A stretch of 49,165 nt of DNA, the filler included, from Catajapyx aquilonaris (lineage: Eukaryota): the NCBI GenBank assembly GCA_000934665.2. It is 3 parts of 3 records of this genome, joined end to end, with 100 filler letters (N's around TTAATTAATTAA, not from the genome) between each part and the next. Parts side by side here need not be neighbours in the genome. Positions count along the whole stretch, not along the records: positions 1 to 16,172 come from JYFJ02007324.1; 2 more parts are not named here. One strand, 5' to 3'. The notes beneath the pieces are model-generated. The model had not been told where the DNA came from. It saw only the letters and a program-made list of their open reading frames with translations, and did not search any database. A program made the translations under genes and the position numbers. Positions 1-11,170 of this stretch are shown here, piece after piece (positions within the stretch are counted from its first letter, which is position 1; each line of letters begins with the position of its first letter).

Positions 1-36
1 CCCCCCCCCCCCCCCCCCCCCCTAGATCCGGCCCTG
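1..36. mobile_element. Probable terminus of a DNA transposon (poly-C + TAGATCCGGCCCTG, hAT-like CAGGGCCGG end)
   Basis: Reverse complement reads CAGGGCCGGATCTA followed by a G-run, a common non-autonomous transposon terminus; the other end is outside the window. Confidence 0.35.
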
Positions 37-175
37 ACCTACTCTTATTGAAAGTTGTACTATACCTGCTAGTGTGAAAAATGAAATAAAGTGTTTTACG
101 TATTGTGATTTCTGTACATATTATAATTATGATTCATACTTTTTGCTTCATACTACAAAACCTATACTATATAGT

Positions 176-455
176 ATAATAATAATAATTTACCCAGTGA
201 TAGAGCCATTGGCTCCTAGGGGGGAGTTCATCCCATTGTTTTGTCAGGAACTCTTTGCTTTTTACTTTGCTTTTTGGGAAGGGATAGGGATGGAAGGAAG
301 CGGCTGTGGCCTGTTAATTACGGAAACAACTCCGGAATTTTCCTGGAGGGACCGTGGGAAACAGAAAACCACGGTCAGAGTTGCCGGTCCCGGGATTTGA
401 TCCCTGGACCTCCCGATTAGCAGCCAGATACCATATCCCCTCACCTATACTGCTG
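176..455 (-). mobile_element. tRNA-derived SINE, family A
   Basis: Minus strand has a tRNA-like head with B box (GGATCAAATCC) and a (TTA)n tail; core GGAAGGAAGCGGCTGTGGCCT recurs at ~14728 and ~47718. Confidence 0.7.
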
Positions 456-572
456 CTGCTTCGGTTAAGTATAACAGTTATAACAGTATAACAGAAATTT
501 TACACGCTTCCAGCCAGTGCCTACATGTGCAAGAGAATGAGCAGCTTTGCATGTAATATATATTACATGCAA

Positions 573-646
573 ACGTGGAGATTTACAAACCGAGATCTTC
601 TCAGGCAATATTGCCTGAGAAGATCTCGGTTTGTAAATCTCCACGT
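573..646. repeat. Perfect 74-bp palindrome with no spacer
   Basis: ACGTGGAGATTTACAAACCGAGATCTTCTCAGGCAAT|ATTGCCTGAGAAGATCTCGGTTTGTAAATCTCCACGT. Confidence 0.95.
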
Positions 647-1145
647 AATTTTTTTCCCCCGCGCAAAGACCGTGTACCGCTACAAATGGACGGAAAATGA
701 GAGAACGATCCGACGTCATGAAGGTTTCCATGGAAATATCCAAAGATTCAGAAGGTAGCTTAAGGTGGTTGGGTAGTATGGCCACATCCTAAGAAGTTCA
801 TGAAAATTGCACGATTTACAAAAAAAAAGTGTGCTCTTTAAAATAAACCCATAAAAAAGGGTCCTTGCCGGTCAATTTATTGAACCACCGACACCTAAAC
901 ACAGCTAATTTTATCATTGGCCTTATGGAAAAACGGCCATCAGAAACAGCAAAAAAAAGGCCAAAAATCTTACTTTAAAATCCCAACATATTTACATAAA
1001 ACTATTCTCTTGAAAGCTTGAACTGTGTAGCCGCATAAAATCGCAATGTTACCGGCTCCGTTCAGCAGTAATTATCAATTAACTGGACGTAGTGCAGTAG
1101 AGGGATGTACGAAGCGGCAACGCCGCGCCGGCGGAGGAGGTGCCG

Positions 1146-1153
1146 TATCGATA
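1146..1153. promoter_or_regulatory. DRE motif (TATCGATA) in a GC-rich patch upstream of the zinc-finger gene
   Basis: Exact DRE octamer next to CpG-rich 1110-1145, ~500 bp upstream of the ATG. Confidence 0.4.
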
Positions 1154-1660
1154 TGCGTTAATAATATTCATCGATTCATGTGTATTTGGTACTAAATGTC
1201 ATTATTACTACACGGAAATTCATAGCCTCCAGGTTACCACGTTGCAAAGTCAACCGTTTGCGACTGTCGGGGGCACGGGTCGGGGGTAATCATTTGGAAG
1301 CAGAAGGATTGCTTCGTCCTCCTGGCCAGGGCACAAAAGTGAAAGTTCCCCCTTCTTGCCAGAGGGGACACTGGGGGAAGAGGTGTGTTGTAGGGGGACC
1401 AGTCCCATGCTTGGACCTGCGTCGCCTGCCTCATTCCGCGAGACAGCTCACCACCAAGTGCACGTGTGAACTATAGGGTCAGCCCACAATTGTTGTTGTA
1501 TAAGGTGAGCACATTATTCTGCGGTGGCCTGGTCTGGTTGGGTGGTTTCTGGTTTGGGTGCATGAATAGAGGGAATCAGCAGACTGGGGTCTCATTCACT
1601 CTTTGTTTCAGACAAAGGTGCAGAGCTAGAGGAGAGAGTCCCATCCCCATCCCATCAGAC

Positions 1661-4600
1661 ATGGAAATGATGAAATTGGGGAGATTCCGCTGTCCCCAGT
1701 GCCCCAACAACGTCTTCAAGAGGAAGATTGATCTGTTGGCGCACAGCTTCACTCACTCCAAGTGGGACAGGGTCAAGGTGGAGCCAGAGGAGGAGGAACC
1801 AGTGGAGGTCACAATCAGGTTCACCAAGGAGGAGGAGGAGACGGTCAAGGCATGTTGGGGAGGAAGAAGGGTCAGGATGGTCAAAGTGGAGCCAGAGGAG
1901 GAGGAGAAAGGCAACAGCAGCCAGGAAAGTGACCCCGAGTCAGCAGCAGAGGCGGAGAGCAGGGACAGGCATGTGGCTGACACGGATCCAGACAGGGAGG
2001 AGGCACCTGGTGGAAGTGATGGAGGCGTCGGAAGGCAAAACCAGGTGAGAAAATTATGCGGGTTGTGCATGATGTTCACACGATGGGGTCGGAAATTATT
2101 GTATGTCAAGAGAGATGTAATATTCGGACACTTTTAACACAGGCTCTGCACATGAATATTGAACTGGCAATTAGATTGAATATTAGTTACGGTGTACATG
2201 GTTTAAAAAAATATGCGCCATTTTAACATACAGCAATAATTGTCATTAAAATGAAAATTCTGGAAGGTTCCCAATCTTTGAACCAAATATTGAATATTTA
2301 CCATTTTAAAATTCTAGTTTCACCCTTGAAAAAGTGCCAGGAAAAATAAACTCTCACTTTTGAGTGGAAGGTAATTACAATAATTATTAAAAACAACCTC
2401 GTCTGCTGGCTCATTTCGAAATTTCTAAATTTGTTGTTGCATGAATGACCTATTCTCGGACCTGTAGAGAGGGGATTTTTGTTCCTCCCTGTAACTAATC
2501 CCATCCAGCAACAGATGTCCTTGAATCTGATTGGAATGTAGGTATTTGCACTACTCTACCAAGTGTCCTTACATAGTAATGACTGAAAACCACAAGAAAG
2601 ATTTTTTTTTTGCTTGCCATTCAAAAGTTATTAAATATTAAATGTTCCAATTTTGACTGAAAATTATTGATGCTTTTTGAAATATTCGAGTATTATTTTC
2701 TCAGGAACCAGATGAGATGGAAACCTGGGAAATGTCTCATATTAAAGGTCTTTCAATATACTTTAATTTTAAACGTAACACGACAGAGGTTAACATATTA
2801 AAATTTTTAAACTCAATTAAATCTTATTTTAATTTAAAGATTTAATTGAGTTTAAATTTTTTAAATTTTTTAATATAATGCTATTGTATCACCTGATCCC
2901 ATTGCGATCCCAAAATGAAACTTTTGGAGGTGCAAGTGGATAGTACAAAGGAATTTTGGGTTTTTTTAAAAAAAAAATTAAATACCGTTTTTTGACATTT
3001 AAATTGTCAAAAAACGGCATTTTAATTTTTTTTTAAAAAAAATCCTTTGTACTGTGCAGGAGGATAGTATACAAAGTATTTTTGGGAATTTTTTCAAAGT
3101 TTTAAAAATGCGGTTTTTTTGAAATATTTAAATTTAAATATTTAATTGAGATTAAAATTTTTAATAAATATGATAACCTCCGCAGTGCTACATTTAAAAT
3201 CAAAGCCCATTGAAAGACCTTTAATATGAGATATTTCCCAGGTTTATATCTCATCTGGTTCCTGAGAAAATAATACTTGAGTATGTCAAGACGCAGCAAT
3301 TTTTAGTCAAAATTGGAATATTTGATATTTAATAACTTTTGAACGGCAGGCAAAAAAAAAAAATCTTTCTTGTGGTTTTCATTCATAACTATGTATAAGG
3401 ACACTTGGTTCACCAAGTTTCATCAAAATCCAAGGGGTCAAGGCCAATTTTAATTCCAAACTTCGATGATTTGACATGGAATGACCCAATAATGTATTGA
3501 AAACAACACTTTCAATGTGGCGAAAGGCAGGNGGGGAGTCAAGGAAGGAGGCCATGTCCGCGCAATTTTTAGGGGGGTGGGGGAGGTAAGATATTGTCCG
3601 CTTCTGTCCGCAAAAGGGAGGGGGAGGTAAAAAAAAATGAAAACATATGTCGGCGCAGATTATGGACGGCCCCAAGCGCTTAATTTTGACCGACGTTTCC
3701 CATCTTCCTAAGTTCGGCGCTGTCCGGTAGGGTCGTCACGTATGTATAGAGCATGGCCTTAGAATAGGTATAGAGCAGCCCCCGGACACTTACACTACGA
3801 TCTGATCTCATCACCTGCCGGGGCGTTTTGCATGAGGTGCTCACCTGAGAGCGCCATGAGACCTTTCACTGCACTGCTATGTGGCGACCCTACCGGACTA
3901 CGCTGAACTTTACAGGTACAAAAGGGAAGCGCTACATTGGAGGACCCAACATGGTCGCCGCCACATAGCAGTGCAGTGAAAGGTCTCATGACGCTCTCAG
4001 GTGAGCACCTCATGCAAAACGCCCGGGCAGGGGATAGGTGGGACTATCCAGACCTTAGTGTATTCTCAGTCTCTCGTGTCCCTGTGCTCATAGATTGTAG
4101 TTCGTGCGCCGCCGCTGCGACAATTCTTGTTGGACTGATACTACGGGTATTCTTCCATCCTTGAATATCTAAAACAAGGGTGTCAATTATACGTATTCAG
4201 GGGTATAAGCCTAGAGAGTCTCAACATGCACTCTTCATGTACACTTGCATTTATTTCAAGAATGTGATGAGATCCTACCCATTTTAGACAAACGATGCTC
4301 GAGAAAATGTGAAGAATGGAAACCAGCAGGACATCCAGAGAAGGAAACACTTGGAGGGGAAGGTTTGTCAGATTTGCAAGAACAAATTTACTTCCCATAG
4401 TAATTTGAGGATTCACATGAGAATCCATTCTGGTGAGAAGCGATTCAGTTGCTCAATTTGCACGAGAAAGTTTAGTCGGTCAGGACATTTGAATACACAC
4501 ATGAGGACCCACACAGGGGAGAAGCCATTCAGTTGCTCAATTTGCAAGAGAAAGTTTAGCAGGTCAGGACATTTGAATACACACATGAGGACCCACACAG

Positions 4601-4866
4601 GGGAGAAGCCATTCAGTTGCTCAATTTGCAAGAGAAAGTTTAGTCTGTCAGGACATTTGAATAGACACATGATCACCCATACAGGAGATAGGCCATTCAG
4701 TTGCTCAATTTGCAAGAGAAAGTTTAGTCAGTCTGAAAATTTGAATACGCACATGAGGACCCACTCAGGGGAGAAGCCATTCAGTTGCTCAATTTGCAAG
4801 AGAAAGTTTAGTCAGTCAGGAAATTTGAATTCACACATGAGGACCCACACAGGAGAGAAGCCATAA
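1661..4866 (+). CDS. C2H2 zinc-finger protein, 2 coding exons (1661-2044, 4288-4866), ~320 aa
   Basis: Phase-0 intron CAG|GTGAGA...TTTTAG|ACA joins the ORFs in frame; N-terminal CPQC..H..H finger, two VKVEPEEE motifs, six tandem fingers with TGEKPF-type linkers; probable 5'UTR intron 1505-1611. Confidence 0.85.
2558..3410. mobile_element. Non-autonomous element with long (~200 bp) imperfect inverted repeats, in the ZF intron
   Basis: 2558-2758 is the reverse complement of ~3209-3410; internal AT-rich hairpins; a partial copy lies at ~15309-15630. Confidence 0.7.
3810..4035. mobile_element. Foldback MITE/hairpin, ~75-bp arms
   Basis: CCTGCC..GCGTTTTGCATGAGGTGCTCACCTGAGAGCG... mirrored by ...CGCTCTCAGGTGAGCACCTCATGCAAAACGCCCGGGCAGG. 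Confidence 0.8.
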
Positions 4867-6039
4867 AGTTGTCAGATTTTCAGGAATATGTTTGCAGCCT
4901 CACGAAATTTGAAGAAGAAAAAAACATTGTGAAAACAAACAAAAAAGAAAAGTAAATTTCCTGCTAAAGACCCGCTTGGGTTATCTGGATCCACCATGAT
5001 ATCTGAAATGTTTAGTTGTTATGAGCTGCTCGGGGACATCCTTGATGCGGATTTAGATTGGGGATGTTGAGGGAAAGACCATTGTGAGGGATGTGAAAGA
5101 CATGTGAACCTATTTCTTCAATCCGGTCCGTAAGAAAGGATTGGTCAGGGGTGAGGATTGAGTGACCATGATGTGGTATTGGGTCTGCACAATTATGGAG
5201 CACAGTGCTGTGGGAGACACATGGGATACTCGAAGAGTCACATAATTAAGCAGAATGTTGAATAGCTGATATGCAATCGTTTACTGTGAAAGAGCGTAAT
5301 TATGGGGTTTGCTGGACCAGGAATCCGTGTGCAAACAGTGGTTGCCGCACAATGCAGACAACCTCACATGCCAGCTTAATGTTAGAAATCAAGTTTACTA
5401 ATGAGTGATTCCTTAGCAAAATAATAATGAATTAGTTGGCTGCTAGCTCATTTTGTTATGATCATGATTAAAAATATGGCTCTTCATATGTCATATTATA
5501 TGTAGTAGTATACAGCGCAATCTCCTAAATCCTTAATATCGGATTACTTCGATATAAATGAGTTATAACACTTCGAAATCATTTTTCCCCGAAATCCATG
5601 GGAACAAGATAGCTTTCGGATTTTGTAATGAAGAATGCTCAACTGTATTTTGTGGTTATGAAATTATGTTCTTTGGGAGTACATGTACTGTATAGTATAG
5701 TTGCTAAACATGTAACATGCTTGATTATACTAGAAAAATAAAAGATACTGTCATGATGATTGCAGAATTATTTTGATGTTTTCGTCTTGTCAGCTGCAGT
5801 GACCCAACAAAGCGACCCAAAATTTTGGTTCTCATTGCACGATTAGAACTGGTTCACTAGTGTTGATCAAATGGTGACCCAATAATATGGTCCAATAATT
5901 TAATCACAAAATTCTGACTATTATTGGGTCACCAGCATAACCTAAACAAGGTAGCCATTTTTACCAAAAATTTGGGTTCATAAAATAATTGACCCAACAT
6001 CTATAATATTAAAATGCTTGCGTTGTGTGTATAACCCCT

Positions 6040-6375
6040 CTGATTGGTCCGCCCCCGTATTGTTGCCGCCACCTCTTCCTATTGGCCCCCGTCCATTTGT
6101 TGCTGCGTCGTATCCATGACGCACTGTTACCACGACGCCTCCGATTGGCTCCCGTTCCGAGCATGCGCAATGGGGGTGGAACACGTCCAGTTGCCTGCTG
6201 ACCTCCTTGGGAGAAGGTCGCTTTTTTTCGTCTCTCCCGCCGCCGTCATCGTCCCCTGCCGGACCTTTACCCCTTCCCCACCTACACTACCTGTCCCCTC
6301 TTCGCCACGGGTCACTGATGGTTATTGAAAAATGGCCGTAGGCACTGGTGGAGACGGGTGGAGAATAATGTAAGT
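6040..6375. promoter_or_regulatory. CpG-rich promoter-like region (three ATTGG/CCAAT boxes, GC box, NRF1-like GCATGCGCA, followed by a GTAAGT donor)
   Basis: ATTGG at 6043, 6081, 6144; CCGCCCC at 6049; GCATGCGCA 6161-6169; AAAATGGCCG and donor AAT|GTAAGT at ~6370. Confidence 0.45.
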
Positions 6376-6769
6376 TCGAAATTCGAGCATTTTGGCGGCT
6401 TACAGGGCTCAAAATCCATGCAAAATTTTCATTCACACAAATGTAATAGCCTACCATTGCTGATCGGGCTGCTTCGGAACTGCGTGCGTAGGCCTACCCA
6501 TGCGCGGAGCTTTCACAGATGGGAAGTACAGTAGGCCTACACTGTCTTCGGGGCACTTCTTGCGGTGCAGTGTCGCAAACTGACTACCGTCGAATGCGTA
6601 GAATCGAACGTAAGAAGGCGGGTTGCAAATATCACGCGTTCGAATTATTAGCCTGGAACGTACTATATTGTTGGTCTTCCAGACAGCCAACTGGCAGGTT
6701 GTTAAATTTATACAGTCAGTGAAGGTTATTGAGTTGGCACAACTGGCAACCAACAATAGAATCCAATTA

Positions 6770-7169
6770 CACTGTACTCCCGATTATCAGGGTGCGGATA
6801 ATACGTGCATCGCCATAATATAAACATTTACGTCCGAAAAAATGTCTCGGATTTTTGTCCCACTGCTAGATATAGTGCATACTGATAACTCAACAGTGGT
6901 ACGGAAATTCCACCCAATATCAATATCAATGTCTCACCAACGAAAAAATATATACCATACTTTCTCTAGAAGGCAAAGTAAAAAAATCTATGGTAAGTTT
7001 TATTTTTTGGATTAACCAAGCAAGCAGCATGCTCTTTGTACAGTAGTACATCAACAACCTGTGAATAGCTCCCTTTCCAGGACCATTTTCCGATTGTCCG
7101 TGTTTCCCAATTTATTATCTGGCAACACCCGTGCAGTCATTAGCTTGGATAATAATCGGGAGTACAGTG
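6770..7169. mobile_element. Tc1/pogo(Tigger)-type MITE with TA TSD
   Basis: TA|CACTGTACTCCCGATTAT ... ATAATCGGGAGTACAGTG|TA. Confidence 0.75.
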
Positions 7170-7618
7170 TACCTATGTGTACAGACTGTAGGGTCGCCCT
7201 GCTGTATTGTTGCATAAACACTGGGTAAGCTCTGTTCGCCACCTTGAATCACAGCCATCATTGGAACCACAGATGGGAACTGTATTTTCAAATTGCGCAC
7301 CCTTAACCCTTTCACAAGTTTTTGGCAGGTTTTTGGGCCGTCTCTTTCCTTCTTTTTGTTCAAAATTCCATGTAGGAGTGATATTATTGAATAACAACTT
7401 TGAGCCAAAATTAATCATTTAAATTCGTGGCGGTCCTTTTGATTGTAAAATGGCGGAGAAAAATTCATATACAGGGGTCCCGCAAAATAAACTTTTTAGT
7501 ATTGTCCGCCTCTCAGAAAGTCGATAGGCCTCACAAGTTTCTCAGTGACTATGGTACACTGTTCTTATGGTTAAATAATATTACCACAACACTGTACTAT
7601 GATAAACTCCCAAGGGTC

Positions 7619-7963
7619 GGGGAGGTGTAGATGGCCGAGATGGTAACGTCTCGGCTTGCTGAGTGAAAGACCCCATGTTCGATCCCCGCCTGGGGAACTT
7701 TCCTTTCACCTGCGTCGGGAGGGTCTCTGACTTGCACCAAGGTGGTGTCTGGCGACCTAACCTCCTGGGGGACTGCACATGACCCCTGTACCGACATTGG
7801 ACTTGCACCTGTGTTCCCTCCCCAAAAATCCCAATCCCTACCCTACATCCTTGACTCCTTGCACTGGATATTGAAGTTAAAATCTAGAAAAATGGAGTGA
7901 AATGGTGGTATTCCACCCCCCTAAAAAGGCTCTGCCTTATCACGGGGTAACTTTAAAAAAAAA
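7619..7963 (+). mobile_element. tRNA-derived SINE, family B
   Basis: A box TGGCCGAGATGG, B box GTTCGATCCCC, A-rich tail, imperfect TSD AAACTCCCAAGGGTC/AAACTCCCCAGAGTC; second copy at 26711. Confidence 0.85.
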
Positions 7964-9587
7964 CTCCCCAGAGTCCATACTTTACGGACACCCTGTACTG
8001 AGGGAACATGTTTACATAAGCGATCACGTGGGAGCAACGTGACCTTGGCATATACGCCTCAACTTGGCGGGAACAGGGGGGGAATCTGGAGTTGCCATGG
8101 TAGTTGAGTCACAATCCAAGAGATGGCAGGAGCATATTGAACCGGGTTTGACACTGAAAAGTTCGCCTTCTCTATGCACATCCTCGCGCACCAAAGTCAA
8201 AAACCCTCAGGACATCATAATAATATTGTGATGTACTTAGCCGTCAAACGTTTAATATAAGGAAGGGGCAGAGAGGGGGGAGGGTATGATGAGGATAATT
8301 GTTGGGTGAGCAAGGATATTTCTCAGCTTTCGCCACGTCTTGTTGTATGTATCTCATACGTAGCCTACATTTCACATAACTTTTACTATGTGGAATTTTT
8401 CAACAAATTACTGTGGAATACACTATAGTGGCGGCAATATTTTTTTTAGCTGTAATTATTAGTCATTGACCTTGTAGCTCTTCGCCGAAAATGTTTCCAT
8501 TTTGTTTAATAACTTATGTGCATATATTATTGTGCCAAGTTTCATTCAGCGACTCATATTTACAACACTTATACATGCAGTTTCCTTCTGAGATGCTGTG
8601 GGTTCGCAAGTGGACGAGGAAGGGGATTAAATACTGCAAATTTGCGCAAATTTTGCAAAACAGGGTAGTGAGCATGTTTTAAGGGTCACCGGGAAGGCCA
8701 GAAAAATATGTTTTTTTTTGTAATATGCATCAAAAAATTATGGCGATTCATATATATAATTTGTTCAGAAATCAAAACGTAAAACACTTTATTTCATTTG
8801 TCACACTCGCAGGTATAGTACAACTTTCAGTAAGAGTATTGGTAATCTGCAAAATCGATTCTGCCAGATGTGAAAAACACTAAGGATACAATAATTATTA
8901 CAATCATTACTAAAATACATAATAACCAATATTCAGTCAAAATTACAATGGGCACACTTCAAAAGCAACAGCATCACATTAATTATAATCATTATTGAAA
9001 ATATTGCAAAATTCAGAAGGTCATGGGATGTGAAAATAATGTGGTCAGTACTCATTGTAAACAAGTGCTGCTAATCAGGCAAGGTAAGAATAACTTCATT
9101 ACAATTGCATTATCATGCAGTGAATCTACTTAAATTACGCCTCAAAATATTTTGTAGGCTATTTGTAATTTTCATGAAAACCCTGCGTGCAGTACCACCC
9201 AACACTGAAATATTCAACAACAATTTTCGCAAATCTGATGCAATTATATGGATACAATGACACTGCTCATCAATAAACCTGTCCCAAAGAAGGTCACCTT
9301 AAGGGGAAAAAAATTGCTACACTCAAATGTCAGGTTGATTATTATGAGTTGGAAACTTTCTTCTACAAAATTAATGTAACTTAAAGTAAGAAGGTGGTTA
9401 GTATGAAAATCATTTCAAAATTTATGGAATTAGCTAAGTAGTCTATGTTTCATAGATTCTTTTTTTAACCCTCTGCAAGTGGCCTTGACCTCTGCCCTTC
9501 CTTGGGCCACCTACTATACCTTACAGTGAACTCCTTGAAGATCATTTCTGAATCATGCAATGCTTGAACAGGTATACTATGCCCTAT

Positions 9588-10595
9588 TCACCAATTAAAA
9601 AGATGCTTCACTACTTCAACATTAGCACACTGTTTCCAACCCTCAGACCCCTTAACCTCGTTCATATTAGCTTTGACAAACCTCACACATGCTTCCTTCA
9701 GTACCGGTGAATCATGCATCATGGCCACATTTAGAATATCTAGTACTGTTTCGACAGTTAAGCAGCTTATAAGATGAATCTCGCACATAGCCTTAAGCCG
9801 AAGAATATGATACTTGTCGGCAGCTTCCAACAGATCCACAGCGATTTTAGGAGTCATGTTTTCTGGAGTTTGATCAGAGTACATGAAGTGTATGAGGCCT
9901 CGCACCACTTCAGGACTGAAGTTCTTGATCATGACCTCTCCTGTCATTTTTTCCTCCGTCTCATGCTCAAACATCGCGGCAAAAACTGGACTTCTGGCAC
10001 AAAGAATAAACTTGTGGACTGCAAACCCCGATCCATTAACCACCAACGTTACATCGCTCTTCTGTGACTTTAAATAATGCAGCACGTCTTCAGATAATTC
10101 CGGCCCATTAACCTCAACCCTCTCTTTCACCTCCTCAGATTTTCTGTCCAGCATTACCTCTACCTCACACATCACAGTTAGTGTACCATTAGGAAGGAGG
10201 TCATCTGACCTCCTTGTCAACTCTTGGACAGAAATAAATTTCGGTACACCCCAAGAAAGACCCTTTTCCCTGCTGTATACATTGACATACGGACCTGCTG
10301 AATGGTCATTGTTGGTGTCACTCTTAATACAGTACTTGCATGATGCTGTGACCTTGTCATCATCAGCTTGACCAGGAGAGTAGCTGAAGAAGAGTGAGAC
10401 AAAACCTCTAGATTCCTGACCATTGCCTTTGGGATGAAGTGTCATCTCCCACTTTCTTGGTTCAGACCCACCAGTAGTAAATGTTTGGGATATTCTTTTG
10501 TACCCCGCTTCTACTGCTTTGTATTTCTCAATAGTCCACTTGAAGCAAAATGGTTGACTTTGCTGAGTAGAGACCATATGTTGGACAATCGACAT
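9588..10595 (-). CDS. MATH-BTB protein (SPOP/roadkill/TDPOZ-like Cullin-3 adaptor), intronless CDS, 335 aa
   Basis: MATH motifs FKWTIE, KWEMTLHPKG, WGVPKFI, LLPNGTLTVMCEV; BTB motifs SDVTLVV, HKFILCARSPVFAAMF, LLEAADKY; AATAAA on minus strand at ~8790. Confidence 0.92.
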   Translation of the reverse strand: MSIVQHMVSTQQSQPFCFKWTIEKYKAVEAGYKRISQTFTTGGSEPRKWEMTLHPKGNGQESRGFVSLFFSYSPGQADDDKVTASCKYCIKSDTNNDHSAGPYVNVYSREKGLSWGVPKFISVQELTRRSDDLLPNGTLTVMCEVEVMLDRKSEEVKERVEVNGPELSEDVLHYLKSQKSDVTLVVNGSGFAVHKFILCARSPVFAAMFEHETEEKMTGEVMIKNFSPEVVRGLIHFMYSDQTPENMTPKIAVDLLEAADKYHILRLKAMCEIHLISCLTVETVLDILNVAMMHDSPVLKEACVRFVKANMNEVKGSEGWKQCANVEVVKHLFNW

Positions 10596-10789
10596 TTTCT
10601 GAGTTGATGAGCTGTACTATATAGGAGGAAGAATCATTACATTAATGACCAATTTGCTGCAAATGCAATTACTAAAATAATACGACATAATACTGACCAA
10701 GAGTTAACAACTTCAACAACACAGTGAAGAATAATATTATACCTAGTCTTGCCATAAATTCTGTCCCACAAAGAAATAGGGTTGTAACT

Positions 10790-11170
10790 ATGCAGATACT
10801 GATGCAAATACAGGATATAGTTGGAGATAGTTTTAATATAGGGGAGAACATATACTGCTGATGGGCGATTTTAATGCTAGAATCTCCCAACTATATAATC
10901 AATTATTATGATCTCTCATCCAAGGGGGGAAAATATCTTGAAACTTGCTGGGCTTCCCGTATAAGTCAAAAGATATTAATTCAGCTCATGGATTTACACT
11001 CCCTTTCCATGATCAACGGTTTAATGACCTCAGATCCTCGAGGAGAATTCACATTCATTGGCATGATGCGGCAAAGTGTGATAGATCTTGCTATTTTTAC
11101 TTATGAATAATTGAGAGGAGCAACAACTGATTTCAAGATTCACCATACAATTCTCTCATACCATCTATTT
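10790..11170 (+). mobile_element. Decayed non-LTR retrotransposon AP-endonuclease fragment
   Basis: LLMGDFNARI (10855-10885) then, after a frameshift, GEFTFIG..SVIDL. Confidence 0.7.

Noticed and set aside
1466..1660. N-terminal extension of the ZF ORFs in the ORF track (also 13656-13847)
   Set aside because: Starts at GTG and reads through a probable intron (GTGAGC 1505 ... TTTCAG 1611)
7619..7700. tRNA genes at 7619, 26711, 48250 and 48455
   Set aside because: A/B boxes are present but there is no intact cloverleaf; the first two continue into a shared body, tail and TSD, i.e. SINEs
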